Assembly: GCA_964016885.1 (NCBI GenBank)
Contig: OZ024752.1
Coordinates: 50,282,001 to 50,346,000 of the forward strand
Length of the DNA stretch: 64,000 nucleotides
Source of the DNA: Eledone cirrhosa
Taxonomy: Eukaryota
Reading direction: 5' to 3'
Numbering within the stretch: position 1 is the stretch's first letter; each line of letters opens with the position of its first letter. The position numbers were made by a program, and so were the translations under genes. Positions 30,293 through 43,160 of the stretch are shown piece after piece. The notes under the pieces were generated by a model. The model ran no database searches. It was not told the origin of the DNA and saw only the letters and a list, made by a program, of their open reading frames with translations.

Positions 30293-30993
30293 CGCCATAA
30301 TTAATTTCATGTTGACTGAATACAAACAGAAATGTAATTCCTCACAAAAGCTGTTAATCTGTTCAGATCTGAACAGTTTTCTATGATAATTCCTCTTCTA
30401 AGTATATCATTTATTCTAGCATTCCGGTTTTGTTTTCAGAAACTTTCTAGTTCTTTATCATTGGTGTTCTTGTTGTTGTTATTTTAGGGGCTGTTTTTGT
30501 AAGCTAGATTCATTAGGAAACAAGAAGGAGGACAGGGTGTGTGTTGTCAGCAAAGTCAGCTTAAAACTTTCAATTGACTCATTTAATAATTATTTCATTC
30601 ATATTTTTATTACTCCCTTTTGTTTAGATATATATAAATTATAGAAAAATAAATGATATTATAACATAATAGCTTATATATATATATGTATATATATACA
30701 AAATGTATATATAATTTTTATAGAAGGAATTAATAATTATTGATTTTTATATGTCGTTTTAATTTTTTCATATGATATATATATATATAATTATATATAC
30801 ATATTTATATATACATGTATATATAATTATAGATATAATTTCTGCTGAAGCATTTAATAATTATGTAATTTTCCTTTTCTTACATTGTTTTGGTGTTATA
30901 TATATATATATATGTATGTATGTATGTGTGTTTCTAATTTCCATTGAAGCATTTAATAATTATTGACTTATATTATTCTATTTTTCTTTTTGT

Positions 30994-31052
<59 letters not shown>

Positions 31053-31267
31053 TTATACATACACACATTTATACATATATGTGCTTTTATCTATTATGTA
31101 CATATACTTTTATCTATTTGCCATATCATGTATTGTTTGTGTATAGATTTCTATTACAAATAACAATAGACAAAACTATTAACACTTTAAACCATATAAA
31201 CTTTAAACGATATTAAGCAGTATACATACATGTATATACATAGAAGCATGCATAGATATTAAGCAGT

Positions 31268-31317
<50 letters not shown>

Positions 31318-31726
31318 ACATAGAAGCATGCATACATATTAAGCAATCTACACATATATATATATATATATACATAGATGCATGCATACATATAATATAC
31401 ATACAAATATCCTCTATCATATAAACATATATATATATATATATACACACACACAAGAAGAGAAAGAGCATAAAAGGGGCAACATGTAATAAATAAAACC
31501 GACATATCTAAATGAGATAATATAATTTTATCTTATTATCTTATATCAGATTCTATTAACTCAAGCTTGCAATGTCCCCCACCACCCCCCCTGACGATAT
31601 CTAAATGACGTTTAATGTGCCACCAAGATTGAGGATATAAATTCTATCTCACACACCCCAGTCATGAAAAATATATAACTCAAGTATTCAACCATCTCTC
31701 TTTCTATATATATATATATATATCTT

Positions 31727-31793
<67 letters not shown>

Positions 31794-31877
31794 AAAAATT
31801 GAACGGGAACAAAACAGAGAGGCAGTACGAACAAAGGTTTGTTAGTTTCACGCTCTTGAGAGTGGGGTGGTGGTGGG

Positions 31878-31915
31878 GAACGACGTTTCGGGCATAAGCC
31901 CTTCTTCAGGTGAAA
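31878..31915 (-). ncRNA. Minimal hammerhead ribozyme motif of Penelope-like type in TA-flanked element 31790-32002
   Basis: Minus: cac CTGAAGA agggc ttat gccc GAA ACGT C gt; palindromic ACGT stem III, GUC triplet; stem I weak. Confidence 0.75.
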
Positions 31916-32000
31916 AGTGTGTGGGAAGAGAGTTCCAAGGGTGTGTAGGGGAGTGGTGGAGAGACATATAGAAAAAAGGGGGTGAGAGGAAACGGTACAA

Positions 32001-32069
<69 letters not shown>

Positions 32070-32090
32070 GATGGTTGAATACTTGATGTG

Positions 32091-32617
<527 letters not shown>

Positions 32618-32624
32618 ATATATA

Positions 32625-32661
<37 letters not shown>

Positions 32662-32886
32662 AGCACACATACATATAAATACATAATGGTTGCATCTCAG
32701 TTTCTAGAATTGCCATCTCTTGACCTTTTTTCTCAAATATGAGAAGTACAGGCATGATTTTGTTAGCCCTCCAAGGACTTAGATTCCTTTCTGCATATGC
32801 TGCAATAAAAGAAAAAGTAAGGAGCCATGCTCATGCAACATATGTGAAAGACATTTAGATCAAGTGATGCCTGCGCTTGAAGAAAG

Positions 32887-32998
32887 ACCTTGCACTGAAC
32901 CAATCCCACTCTCTGAACAAGGGTGACCTTGCACAGGGCCAATCTCACTCTCTGAACAAGGGTGACCTTGCACAGGACCAATCTCACTCTCTGAACAA
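32887..32998. repeat. 39-bp tandem repeat x3
   Basis: gaccttgcacagggccaatctcactctctgaacaagggt. Confidence 0.85.
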
Positions 32999-33509
32999 TA
33001 GTGACAGGTATCCAAAAGAAGGACAGGTCAACAACATTGGTTGCCATCAAGTCGCAGGTTTGATATCAGAGTTTTCCTTCTGCTAGAATGATGTCCTAAC
33101 TAGAACTATGAGTCTCTCACTTCCGGTAGACTAACCTCATGCTCGGACACTAAACCGAATGTATACATATCTATATACTTACAATTGCATACACACACAC
33201 ACACACACATATATATCATCATCATCATCATCACCGTTTAACATCCATTTTTTCCACGCTAGCATGGGTTAGACAAGTTGTCCTGTTGTGAGAAATGCCA
33301 GGTCAGTGACCATATCTTGCTCATACAGAACTGTTTTTGGCAGTTTCTACACTTGGATGCTCTTCCTAACACCAACCACATTTACAGTGAGTACTAGGTG
33401 CTTTTTCTTTTAACTTTCTCATCATTAAACTGGTGTTTGGAACCTAACTTAATAAAGGTTCTTCATGAAACTATAATGGAAAGAATTTAGATGAATATAA
33501 ACACTTTAA

Positions 33510-33731
33510 CCCTTTAGCATTTAAACAACTCATATCCGGCCAGAATTCTCTCACCTCTTTCTGTTCAAACCAGCTGTAACTGGTTGCTCATACTGATGTT
33601 AAGGTATTGTTCTCAAAATAAATAATATCAAAATCTCATAGATTCGATATTATGTGGAATATTATGTGAGATAAAGTGTTTACTGTGAAAATATAATAGT
33701 ATATATAGAGAGTAATGTAAATGCTAAAGGG
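33510..33731. mobile_element. piggyBac-type MITE
   Basis: TTAA-CCCTTTAGCATTTA..TAAATGCTAAAGGG-TTAA; copies at 56088-56308, partial 38530-38737 and 50835-50930. Confidence 0.85.
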
Positions 33732-35097
33732 TTAAAATAAATGGTTTTGTATGAGAGAACCAGGAGCAGTTTCAGGCAGTTTGGTCTAAAAGAATGAATC
33801 AGAGTTAGAGTCATGTCATTAGAAAAGACTTCCTCTTTGTGTGTTTGGATGTATGTTAACCTCCAGCTGATTGACTACAGTCAGAAACACCCATGCCTGA
33901 ATTGAAAGGGCTCAATCAAACATTCATCCTTTATTTCATAGTTAACTTGCCAACAGCCTCCTATCCTATGTACAGTTCTTCATAAGGTATCATGAAAAAG
34001 TATCACAGTTATGTATTCTTCACTAACATAAATGCTTCTTTTTTTCATATATAAATAAATACAGAAATAAATAAATAAATACATAATTGTATTTTATCAA
34101 TTTGTGTTACATAAACCATGAGTAACTGATGTGAGTTTTAACATAACCAAAGTAAAGCTAAAAAAAACTCTTCATTTTCTTTAAGTTTTTAGTTAAATTT
34201 AATTGCATTTTCATTTTTTTTTCCCTTAATAAATTATTTCTTTGTGAGTAAAACTTTCCCCCAGTTTGGTATCAACTCAAAGTGTGCATATGCATGTTTA
34301 TGTTTGAGTAAATTCTCTTTGTAATTTAACTTTTCTAAAATTATGACTACAGACAATTACATTTTCTAATTAACGTTGATACTGCTTAGTTCATTAAACA
34401 TAAAATGAAAGCATTGGAACAGAAAAGTTCAATTTGGTAGATTGCTTCTCTTGATTAAAATTCATTCTGAAAAAAAAAACTATTCATAAATCATATAGAG
34501 TAGCTGAGAAAAGGCTTAAAAGTTGCATATCATCAGAACTAATATCAGTGAAATTTCATTTCAAAACTGTTGTTGTCCATAGCCCACCAGTTTAGGCTGC
34601 TCACTTCATGCAGCAATCAGAAACAGATTCATTCCCATAATTCATTGGTGAATATTTAACAGGAATGGATAATGACAATATTTCAGATGCCAACAGAATA
34701 GCATAAAAGGGCTTGAGATGACGGTATGGATACATTAAGGGAATTGATAAAAGGAGCTGGTTGAATAATTATTAAAACATTGCTGTTGTTTTTATTAATA
34801 TTATTATCATTGTTGTTGTTGTTGTTGTTATTATGGTTGTTGTTGTTGTTGCTATTATTATTATTATTATTATTATTACAGATTACATTTGGAGAGAAAA
34901 ATCTAAAAAAAAAAAAAAAAAAGAGGGCAGAGCAAGCATGGGAGCAGAGTAACAAAGTAGGAATCTTCGAGTGATGTCTTTAATTAGATTCTGTATTAAA
35001 CTCAAGATCAAATGGAAGAGAGATATTAGTAAAGAATCTCTATAAACCACGCCCATAAAGACACTAAATTACTGTTGAATAGACAAAAGATGAGTGT

Positions 35098-35156
<59 letters not shown>

Positions 35157-35189
35157 AGTGTATGCATATATATATATATATATATATAT

Positions 35190-35786
35190 ATTTCGTTTCT
35201 GAATTTGTTTAGCAAGATTCTTTATCTGAAATCGTGTGTTGAAACCGATATTGTTATACTTTGGGAGGGTCATGTTGCCAATAAGAAACACACGCACCAG
35301 TTGCTTTCACTTCAATTTAATTTAATATATATTTATAAATTTACAAATTTATAAATTTCTGGTTGGTTGGTTGGTTCCACAACCAGATAGTTGTTTATAT
35401 ATATATAGTCATAGTTCTTTCGTCACACACTCTGTGACCTCTTCAGTGACTGGGGATTTCTTTCTTCGTTTCTGTGCCTTTCCTTTCTTCTATCCTACGC
35501 CATTTTCAAATGGCGTAGGATACGCGTAAAATGGCGTAGGATAGAAGAAAGGAAAGGCACAGAAACGAAGAAAGAAATCCCCAGTCACTGAAGAGGTCAC
35601 AGAGTGTGTGACGAAAGAACTATGACTATATATATATAAACAACTATCTGGTTGTGGAACCAACCAACCAACCAGAAATTTATAAATTTGTAAATTTATA
35701 AATATATATTAAATTAAATTGAAGTGAAAGCAACTGGTGCGTGTGTTTCTTATTGGCAACATGACCCTCCCAAAGTATAACAATAT
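35190..35786. mobile_element. Fold-back hammerhead cassette, family F
   Basis: Apparently perfect 259-bp arms 35248-35506 / 35528-35786, tail 35190-35247, TA flanks. Confidence 0.85.
35583..35627 (+). ncRNA. Type I hammerhead ribozyme motif (mirror copy - strand 35407-35451)
   Basis: agtca CTGAAGA g gtcac agagtgt gtgac GAA AGAACT A tgact; all three stems pair; CUA triplet. Confidence 0.8.
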
Positions 35787-35820
35787 ATATATATACATAT
35801 ACATATATATGTGTGTGTGT

Positions 35821-35869
<49 letters not shown>

Positions 35870-35871
35870 AC

Positions 35872-35933
<62 letters not shown>

Positions 35934-35987
35934 ATGTGTGTGTGTGCGTGTGTGTGTGCATATATATATACATATATATATATACAC

Positions 35988-36026
<39 letters not shown>

Positions 36027-36032
36027 AATATA

Positions 36033-36331
36033 CTGCTAAATAAAAATGGCGTAGACATATAATGCAACGGGAGGAAACAATAGCACCACTGACAATGTTG
36101 CAGATGTGCAATGAAAGATTTATGATAAACTATATATATGTGTTTGTGTCTATATTGAATCTGTATTATTTTTGACCGCCGGTCAGTCAATGGCAACATT
36201 GAGGACCGAATAAATTAGATTACCTATATAAAAGACACAGAAGCGAAAAGCGAAAACCAACCAAACAGTGAGTGTGTTCTGTTATTAATTCTGGCAATAT
36301 TACACAAATATGACTCTCCCCAAGTATAACA

Positions 36332-36336
<5 letters not shown>
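36033..36336 (+). mobile_element. Family F-related solo arm with degenerate hammerhead (36085-36126)
   Basis: aaaatggcgtag near its start; acca CTGACAA t gttgca gatg tgcaat GAA AGATTT A tgat; ends tgactctccccaagtataacaatat(TA)n like the family F short arm. Confidence 0.65.
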
Positions 36337-36382
<46 letters not shown>

Positions 36383-36436
36383 CACAAATATGACCCTCCT
36401 CAAGTATAACAATATACATATATATATATATATATA

Positions 36437-36627
36437 TAGGAACCAGTAAGACCCCGACGGCTGAGCTCAAGCCGTTTCGACGGCTACTTCAGTCCAGAAT
36501 TAGCCGTCGAAACGGCTTGAGCTCAGCCGTCGGGGTCTTACTGGTTCCTATTACCCACTCTACTACCCCAAGTATTGAGTACTTTGGTGCGTTATGGTCC
36601 ACCTGGTTCCTTACCACATTTCCTTCG

Positions 36628-36630
<3 letters not shown>
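36437..36630. mobile_element. Fold-back cassette, family H
   Basis: Perfect arms 36437-36486 / 36501-36550, tail 36551-36630, TA flanks. Confidence 0.85.
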
Positions 36631-36698
<68 letters not shown>

Positions 36699-36710
36699 TA
36701 CATACATATA

Positions 36711-37105
36711 TTAAAGAGTTAAACAAGATTCAATGAGTACATCAAAGAATGAGTTTTACAGTAGATTGGAAGCACTCTACGGAAAATAATTTTCCAGACT
36801 TATTAATATTAAAATACAAATATTAATAAAATAGATGTTCTTTTGATCAATTACATTTTATTATACATATTTCGGATGTACAACAGTACGTCCTCATCAG
36901 ACAAAATATAATGATACATGACATACCCTGAGATGTTAAATGGTTAAGATTTAATGACTACTTGATTAAATCTTAACCATTTAACATCTCAGGGTATGTC
37001 ATGTATCATTATATTTTGTCTGATGAGGACATACTGTTGTACATCCGAAATATGTATGATAAAATGTAATTGATCAAAAGAACATCTATTTTATTAATAT
37101 TTGTA

Positions 37106-37114
<9 letters not shown>
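36711..37114. mobile_element. Fold-back hammerhead cassette, family A (subfamily G)
   Basis: Arms 36806-36955 / 36965-37114, tail 36711-36805, TA flanks. Confidence 0.85.
36855..36907 (-). ncRNA. Type I hammerhead ribozyme motif (mutated mirror copy + 37013-37065)
   Basis: Minus: attttgt CTGATGA ggaCgtac tgtt gtacAtcc GAA ATATGTAT A ataaaat. Confidence 0.78.
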
Positions 37115-37163
<49 letters not shown>

Positions 37164-37213
37164 TGCTCATATATGAACTGTACCCCTTGATAAGTTTAGG
37201 TAGATTCCCGCGG

Positions 37214-37251
<38 letters not shown>

Positions 37252-40209
37252 ACATATATATATACATAAGTACAAAGCGAAACCTACAGTCAGTAGGCAC
37301 CTCTAACAAAAAAACACCCCCGTCCCACCACCACCACCCCATCCACACCACCCCTTTCGATGTAGAGTTATGTTGGTACCACAACATCCAGTCCGAAATA
37401 AATGAGGTCGTGTAGGTGTCACGAACAAAAAAACACACAGTCCACGCTGTAATGTGGCCGTGTAGGTAACATGGTAAAAACCTCCCAGTCCACACTGTAA
37501 ACGTGGTTGGTGTTAGGAAGGGCATCCAGCCGTAGAAAACCCGTCAGACAACCAATCTTGCCTCAAGTGGGAAAATTCCCGTCAAAACCCATGCAAGCGT
37601 GGAAGATGGACGTTAAACAATGATGATGATGATTATAACATAAAAGGTTGTAACTCTATGTTCCAAAGCATAGTGTCGGACATTCGGACAATGTACCAAT
37701 ACTGGTCCATGCCCAACATAACACAGAGTGTAATTGAACCTGAAAACTCTACGTCTGTGAAGCAAACCCAATAACAACACCACATCCATGCCTGATGCCT
37801 ATCAGTAAAATGTCTCATAATACTGAAGTAAATAAATATCTTACGATGACAGCCACAAATAAAAAATGATAATAAGTTAAGCTAGATAAACAAACGTGTA
37901 AAACGAAAAGGTCATGAATTAACTGGTTGTTTTCGGAAGCATAAACTAAAGCTTATTGGCATTTCTCTAACAAAGTGTTATATACAGTTAATGACTTTTG
38001 AAAGGTGTGCATATACACCTGTGCTATGTGTGAGCAAAAAAAAGTAAACCTATTTTAAATTTCAAAATCTCTCAAGAATAAGAATTAAGATTTATTTAAT
38101 TAACCTTGCTTCAAGATATACATCAATGCATTATTAATTATTCTCAAGGGCGGTGGATTGGCAATATCGGTAGAGGGTCGGACGCCATGCTTTCTAGCAT
38201 AGTTACGTCCCTTTATGATCTGAGTTCAAATCCCGCCGAGGTTAACTTTGCCTTTCATCCTTACGGGGTCGATAAAATAAAGTACCAGTAATGTACTGGG
38301 TAATTGCTGGCCTTGTGCCTAAAGTAGAAACAATTATTTATTATTCTCATGTATTTTTAATATATATATTTTAAATATATATATATATATATATATATAT
38401 ACACGTTCTGAGTTCAAAACCAAGCTGAGGTTAACTTTCCCTTTCATCCTTAAGGGGATGATAGAATAAAGTACCAGTAATGCACTGGGATAATTGCTGG
38501 CCTCGTGCCAAAAGTAGAAACAATTATTCTATATTTACTATTATATTTGCACAGTAAAGGCTTTACCTCACATAATTATCTCAGATAATATCAAATCTAC
38601 GAGATTTTGAAGTTATTTATTTTAAGAACAATACCTTTTCATCAGTATGAGTGGCCAGTTACAGCCAGTTTGAACGGAACGAGGTGAGAGAGTTCTGGTT
38701 GAATAAATCACGGTTGTTTTAAATGCTAAAGGGTTAAATCACATACACTTACAGCCCACCTGATGAAGCCTCAATAAAGTTTCCGTCTACTTAATTTCAC
38801 GCACAAGAATTAGCTGAATGAACATTAAGGTAGAAGACACTTGACCAACATGACCAAGGGTTTGAACTCAAAGAAACTGAACCGAGAATCTTGTGAATGT
38901 AAAACCAATTTGTTAACCACACAGCTATCTGTTTCTATGTAACACTCCCACTGATAAACCAATCTAACACTCCCACTGATTAGCTAATGCAACACTCCTC
39001 CTGATTAGCAAACTAAATTAATTGATAAATTTAAAAGGGACAGTAATTTTAGATTGGTAACAAGCTAAAAGAGTTTCATTTCTTTTTGTCATTGTTTTGT
39101 GGGGGGGGGGGGGGGTCACATCAGGACTTTTAGTATAAAGTAAAAAGATCGGGATTTGTAAACATGCAGAAATCCGGGTTATTTTCCTGCCTGCATTTTT
39201 GGGGGGTTGGGGTTTTTTTTTTTTTAGATATAAGGAAAACCAGCAACATAGAAAAATATTATGCTGTTTTTTTGTGTGTTTTTTTTTTACATTTGTTTGG
39301 GGTGGGAAGGTCAATTTAAAAATAGAAAAAGACTGCCAATTAAAAACAATACAACAGAGTAGCTTTCTATATAGTTAGGGGTGTGACATGTTAAGTCAAG
39401 GGGCTGTGAGGGAACAGAAAAAAAAAACCAAAAGAAACATTGCTGAGTAATGGAACACACAAGATGGGATTTAGTTTCCTCTCTCTCCCCTCCTCGGTGT
39501 AGCAGCTTGCAAGTAGCGATTATAACATGGAAATAATGAACACAAGTTCACAGATGTATAAATGATTCTGATTACATCTGGTTACTCGCCTTCTAATTAC
39601 AAATGCAAATTTGGTTTAAATTCATTTATTTATTTATTTATTTTGTTTTGTTGTGTCGGTTGGGGGGGGGGGCTTTTTTGTTGTTTTTATTTGTTTGCAT
39701 ACATCAATGGCTATTGATCGGACCAACAAAATATTAGCTACTGAGGTCATAATCAAACTTGGTCAGTCTTCATCAATAGAAGCTTGCCTTGTCCCTTTCT
39801 CATTTCGTGCCAAATAGAGCTGCAACTTCAAGCATAGCTACAACTCCTACTATTACTAATAATTGTTTATACTTTTGGCACAAGGCCAGCAATTATCCCA
39901 GTGTATTACTGGTACTTTATTTTATCGACCCCGTAGGAATGAAAGGCAAAGTTAACCTCGGCGGGATTTGAACTCAGAACGTAAAAGGCTATAACTTTGT
40001 GCTGTAAAGCATGGTGTCTGACGCTCTACCGATGCTGTCAATTCACTGCCCTACTACTACTAATAATGGTTTCTTATATAGGCACAATTTTGGGGGAGGG
40101 GAAAGTCGATTAAATCAACCCCAGTGCGTTACAGGTATCTTATTTTATCAACCCCGTAAGGATGATAGGCAAAGCTAACCTCAATAGGATTTGTCATTCA
40201 TTGCCGTTG

Positions 40210-40442
40210 CCCTTCCTAATACCAACCACATTTACAGGGTGGACTGGGAGCCTTTTTACTGTGTCTCCTACACGACGACTTTACAGGGTGGACTGGGAAC
40301 CTTTTTACTGTCTCCTACACGACCACTTTACAGTGTGGACTGGGTGCCTTTTTACTGTGTCTCCTACACGACGACTTTACAGGGTGGACTGGGTATTTTT
40401 TTGTTTTTTTTTGTTGACACCTACACAACCACTTTACAGTAG
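40210..40442 (-). repeat. Tandem ~48-bp internal SINE-1 module x4-5
   Basis: tttacagggtggactggg..tttttactgtgtctcctacacgac. Confidence 0.8.
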
Positions 40443-40543
40443 AAACAATTATCATTTCTATCGGTAACACATCTATAGTCACCAATACTACTACTACTAC
40501 TACTACTACTAACACTACTATTACCACTACCACTAGTACTACA

Positions 40544-40579
<36 letters not shown>

Positions 40580-40676
40580 GCCACTACTACTACTACAACC
40601 ACTACTGTTACCACTACTTATCATCTGCGTAAACCTCTTGTTGAGTCAAACAACACCAAACACTAAAACTATCCAT

Positions 40677-41447
40677 AATTGTTTCTACTTTAGGCACAAG
40701 GCCAGCAATTACCCAGTGTATTACTGGTACTTTATTTTATCGACCCTGTAAGGATGAAAGGCAAAGTCAACCTCGGCGGGATTTGAACTCAGATCGTAAA
40801 GGGACGTAACTATGCTGGAAAGCATGGTGTCCGACCCTCTACCGATACTGCCAATCCACCGTCCTAACATCGTGTCCGACCCTCTACCGATACTGCCAAT
40901 CCACCGCCCTAGCATGGCATCCGACCCTCTACCGATACTGCCAATCCACCGTCCTAACATGGCGTCCGACCCTCTACCGATACTGCCACCCACCGCCCTA
41001 ACATGGCGTCCGACCCTCTACCAATACTGCCAATCCACCGTCCTAACATGGTGTCCGACCTTCTACCAATACTGCCACCCACCGCCCTAACATGGCGTCC
41101 GACCCTCTACCAATACTGCCAATCCACCGTCCTAACATGGCGTCCGACCCTCTACCGATACTGCCAATCCACCGTCCTAACATGGTGTCCAACCCTCTAC
41201 CGATACTGCCAATCCACCGCCTTAACATGGTGTCTGACCCTCTACCGATACTGCCAATTCACCGCCCTAACATGGCATCCGACCCTCTACCGATACTGCC
41301 AATCCACCGCCCTAACATGGTGTCCGACCCTCTACCGATACTGCCAATCCACCGCCCTAACATGGTGTCCGACCCTCTACCGATACTGCCAATCCACCGC
41401 CCTAACATGGTGTCCGACCCTCTACCGATACTGCCAATCCACCGTCC
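40677..41447 (-). mobile_element. SINE family 2 with ~14 tandem copies of its 44-45-bp 5' head
   Basis: Unit catggtgtccgaccctctaccgatactgccaatccaccgccctaa contiguous with SINE body 40677-40866. Confidence 0.9.
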
Positions 41448-41527
41448 ATAATAAGAAGTATTCATAACCTCTAACTGGATTACCTATAACGATATTTTGT
41501 TATCCCTTATATATATGTATATATATG

Positions 41528-42318
41528 TTATTGCTATTGTTGTTGTTGTCATTGCTGTTGATGTTGTCATTGCTGTTGTTATTATTGTTGTCATTGCTGT
41601 CGTTGTTGTTGTTGTCATTGCTGTTGTCATTGCTGTTGTTGTTGTTGTTGTCATTGTTGTTGTCATAGCTGTTGTTGTTGTTGTTGTCATAGTTGTTGTC
41701 ATTACTGTTGTTGTTGTTGTTGTTGTCATAGTTGTTGTCATTGCTGTTGTTGTTGTTGTTGTCATAGTTGTTGTCATTGCTGTTGTTGTTGTTGTTGTCA
41801 TAGTTGTTGTCATAGCTGTTGTTGTCATAGTTGTTGTCATTGCTGTTGTTGTTGTTGTTGTCATAGTTGTTGTCATTGCTGTTGTTGTTGTTGTTGTCAT
41901 AGTTGTTGTCATTGCTGTTGTTGTTGTTGTTGTCATAGTTGTTGTCATTGCTGTTGTTGTTGTTGTTGTCATAGTTGTTGTCATAGCTGTTGTTGTCATA
42001 GTTGTTGTCATTGCTGTTGTTGTTGTTGTTGTCATAGTTGTTGTCATTGCTGTTGTTGTTGTCATTGTTGTCATTGCTGTTGTTGTTGTCATTGCTGTTG
42101 TCATTGCTGTTGTTGTTGTTGTCATTGCTGTCGTTGTTGTTGTTGTTGCTGTTGTCGTTGTTGTTGTTGTTGCTGTTGTCATTGCTGTTGTTGTTGTTGT
42201 TGTCATTGTTGTTGTCATAGCTGTTGTTGTCATAGCTGTTGTTGTCATAGTTGTTGTCATAGTTGTTGTCATAGTTGTTGTCATAGTTGTTGTCATTGCT
42301 GTTGTTGTTGTTGTTGCT
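41528..42318. repeat. Compound trinucleotide minisatellite (GTT/GTC/ATT/GCT)
   Basis: Direct reading. Confidence 0.95.
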
Positions 42319-42514
42319 ATTTCTTTAGTTGATTTATATTTTTTTTTTATTTGTTGTTTGTTTGTTTTGCTTTTTTTATGTTAAAATTTGAAAGAAAACC
42401 TTTTCCTTTTCTTTCTAGTTTTCTCCTTTAATGTAGAATATCATTGAAGTTGTGGCAGATCTCCTGTGACATTGTGGGGCCTTCATGTCTGGTCATTGAC
42501 ATACCTTTATCTCG

Positions 42515-43160
42515 TCTCTTCTACCCCCCTTCCACCTCCTACTCCCTACCTCCTCTTCCTCCCGCCCTCATTCTTCCTATCTTCTCCCTCTCTCCCTCCT
42601 ACTCCCAATCTCCTCCTCTTCCTCTCTCCCCCTCCTGCTCCCTATCTTTTCCTACTCTTCCTCTCTCCCCCTCCTACTCCCTATCTTCTCCCTCTCTCCC
42701 TCCTACTCCCAATCTCCTCCTCTTCCTCCCTCCCTCCTGCTCCCTATCTTCTCCCTCTCTCCCTCCTACTCCCAATCTCCTCCTCTTCCTCTCTCCCTCC
42801 TACTCCCAATCTCCTCCTCTTCCTCTCTCCCTCCTACTCCCAATCTCCTCCTCTTCCTCTCTCCCTCCTGCTCCCTATCTTTTCCTACTCTTCCTCTCTC
42901 CCTCCTACTCCCAATCTCCTCCTCTTCCTATCTCCCTCCTGCTCCCTATCTTTTCCTACTCTTCCTCTCTCTCCCCCTCCTACTCCCTATCTTCTCCCAA
43001 TTTCCTCCTCTTCCTCTCTCCCTCCTGCTCCCTATCTGTTCCTACTCTTCCTCTCTCTCCCCTCCTACTCCCTATCTTCTTTCTCTCCCTCTACTATTCC
43101 TCTCTCCCCCTCCTACTCCCTATCTTCTCCTCCCACCCACCCACCCCTCACACTCCCTAC
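42515..43160. repeat. Polypyrimidine minisatellite (ctcctactccc..ctcttcctctct)
   Basis: Direct reading. Confidence 0.9.

Noticed and set aside
35248-35786. Foldback/Mutator DNA transposon with long TIRs
   Set aside because: Ends are asymmetric (58-nt tail on one side), solo arms exist and the arms carry ribozyme motifs, favouring a retro-origin
36492-36540. Hammerhead in family H
   Set aside because: Only GAAAC inside a agccgt-cgaa-acggct hairpin; no CUGANGA core in any copy
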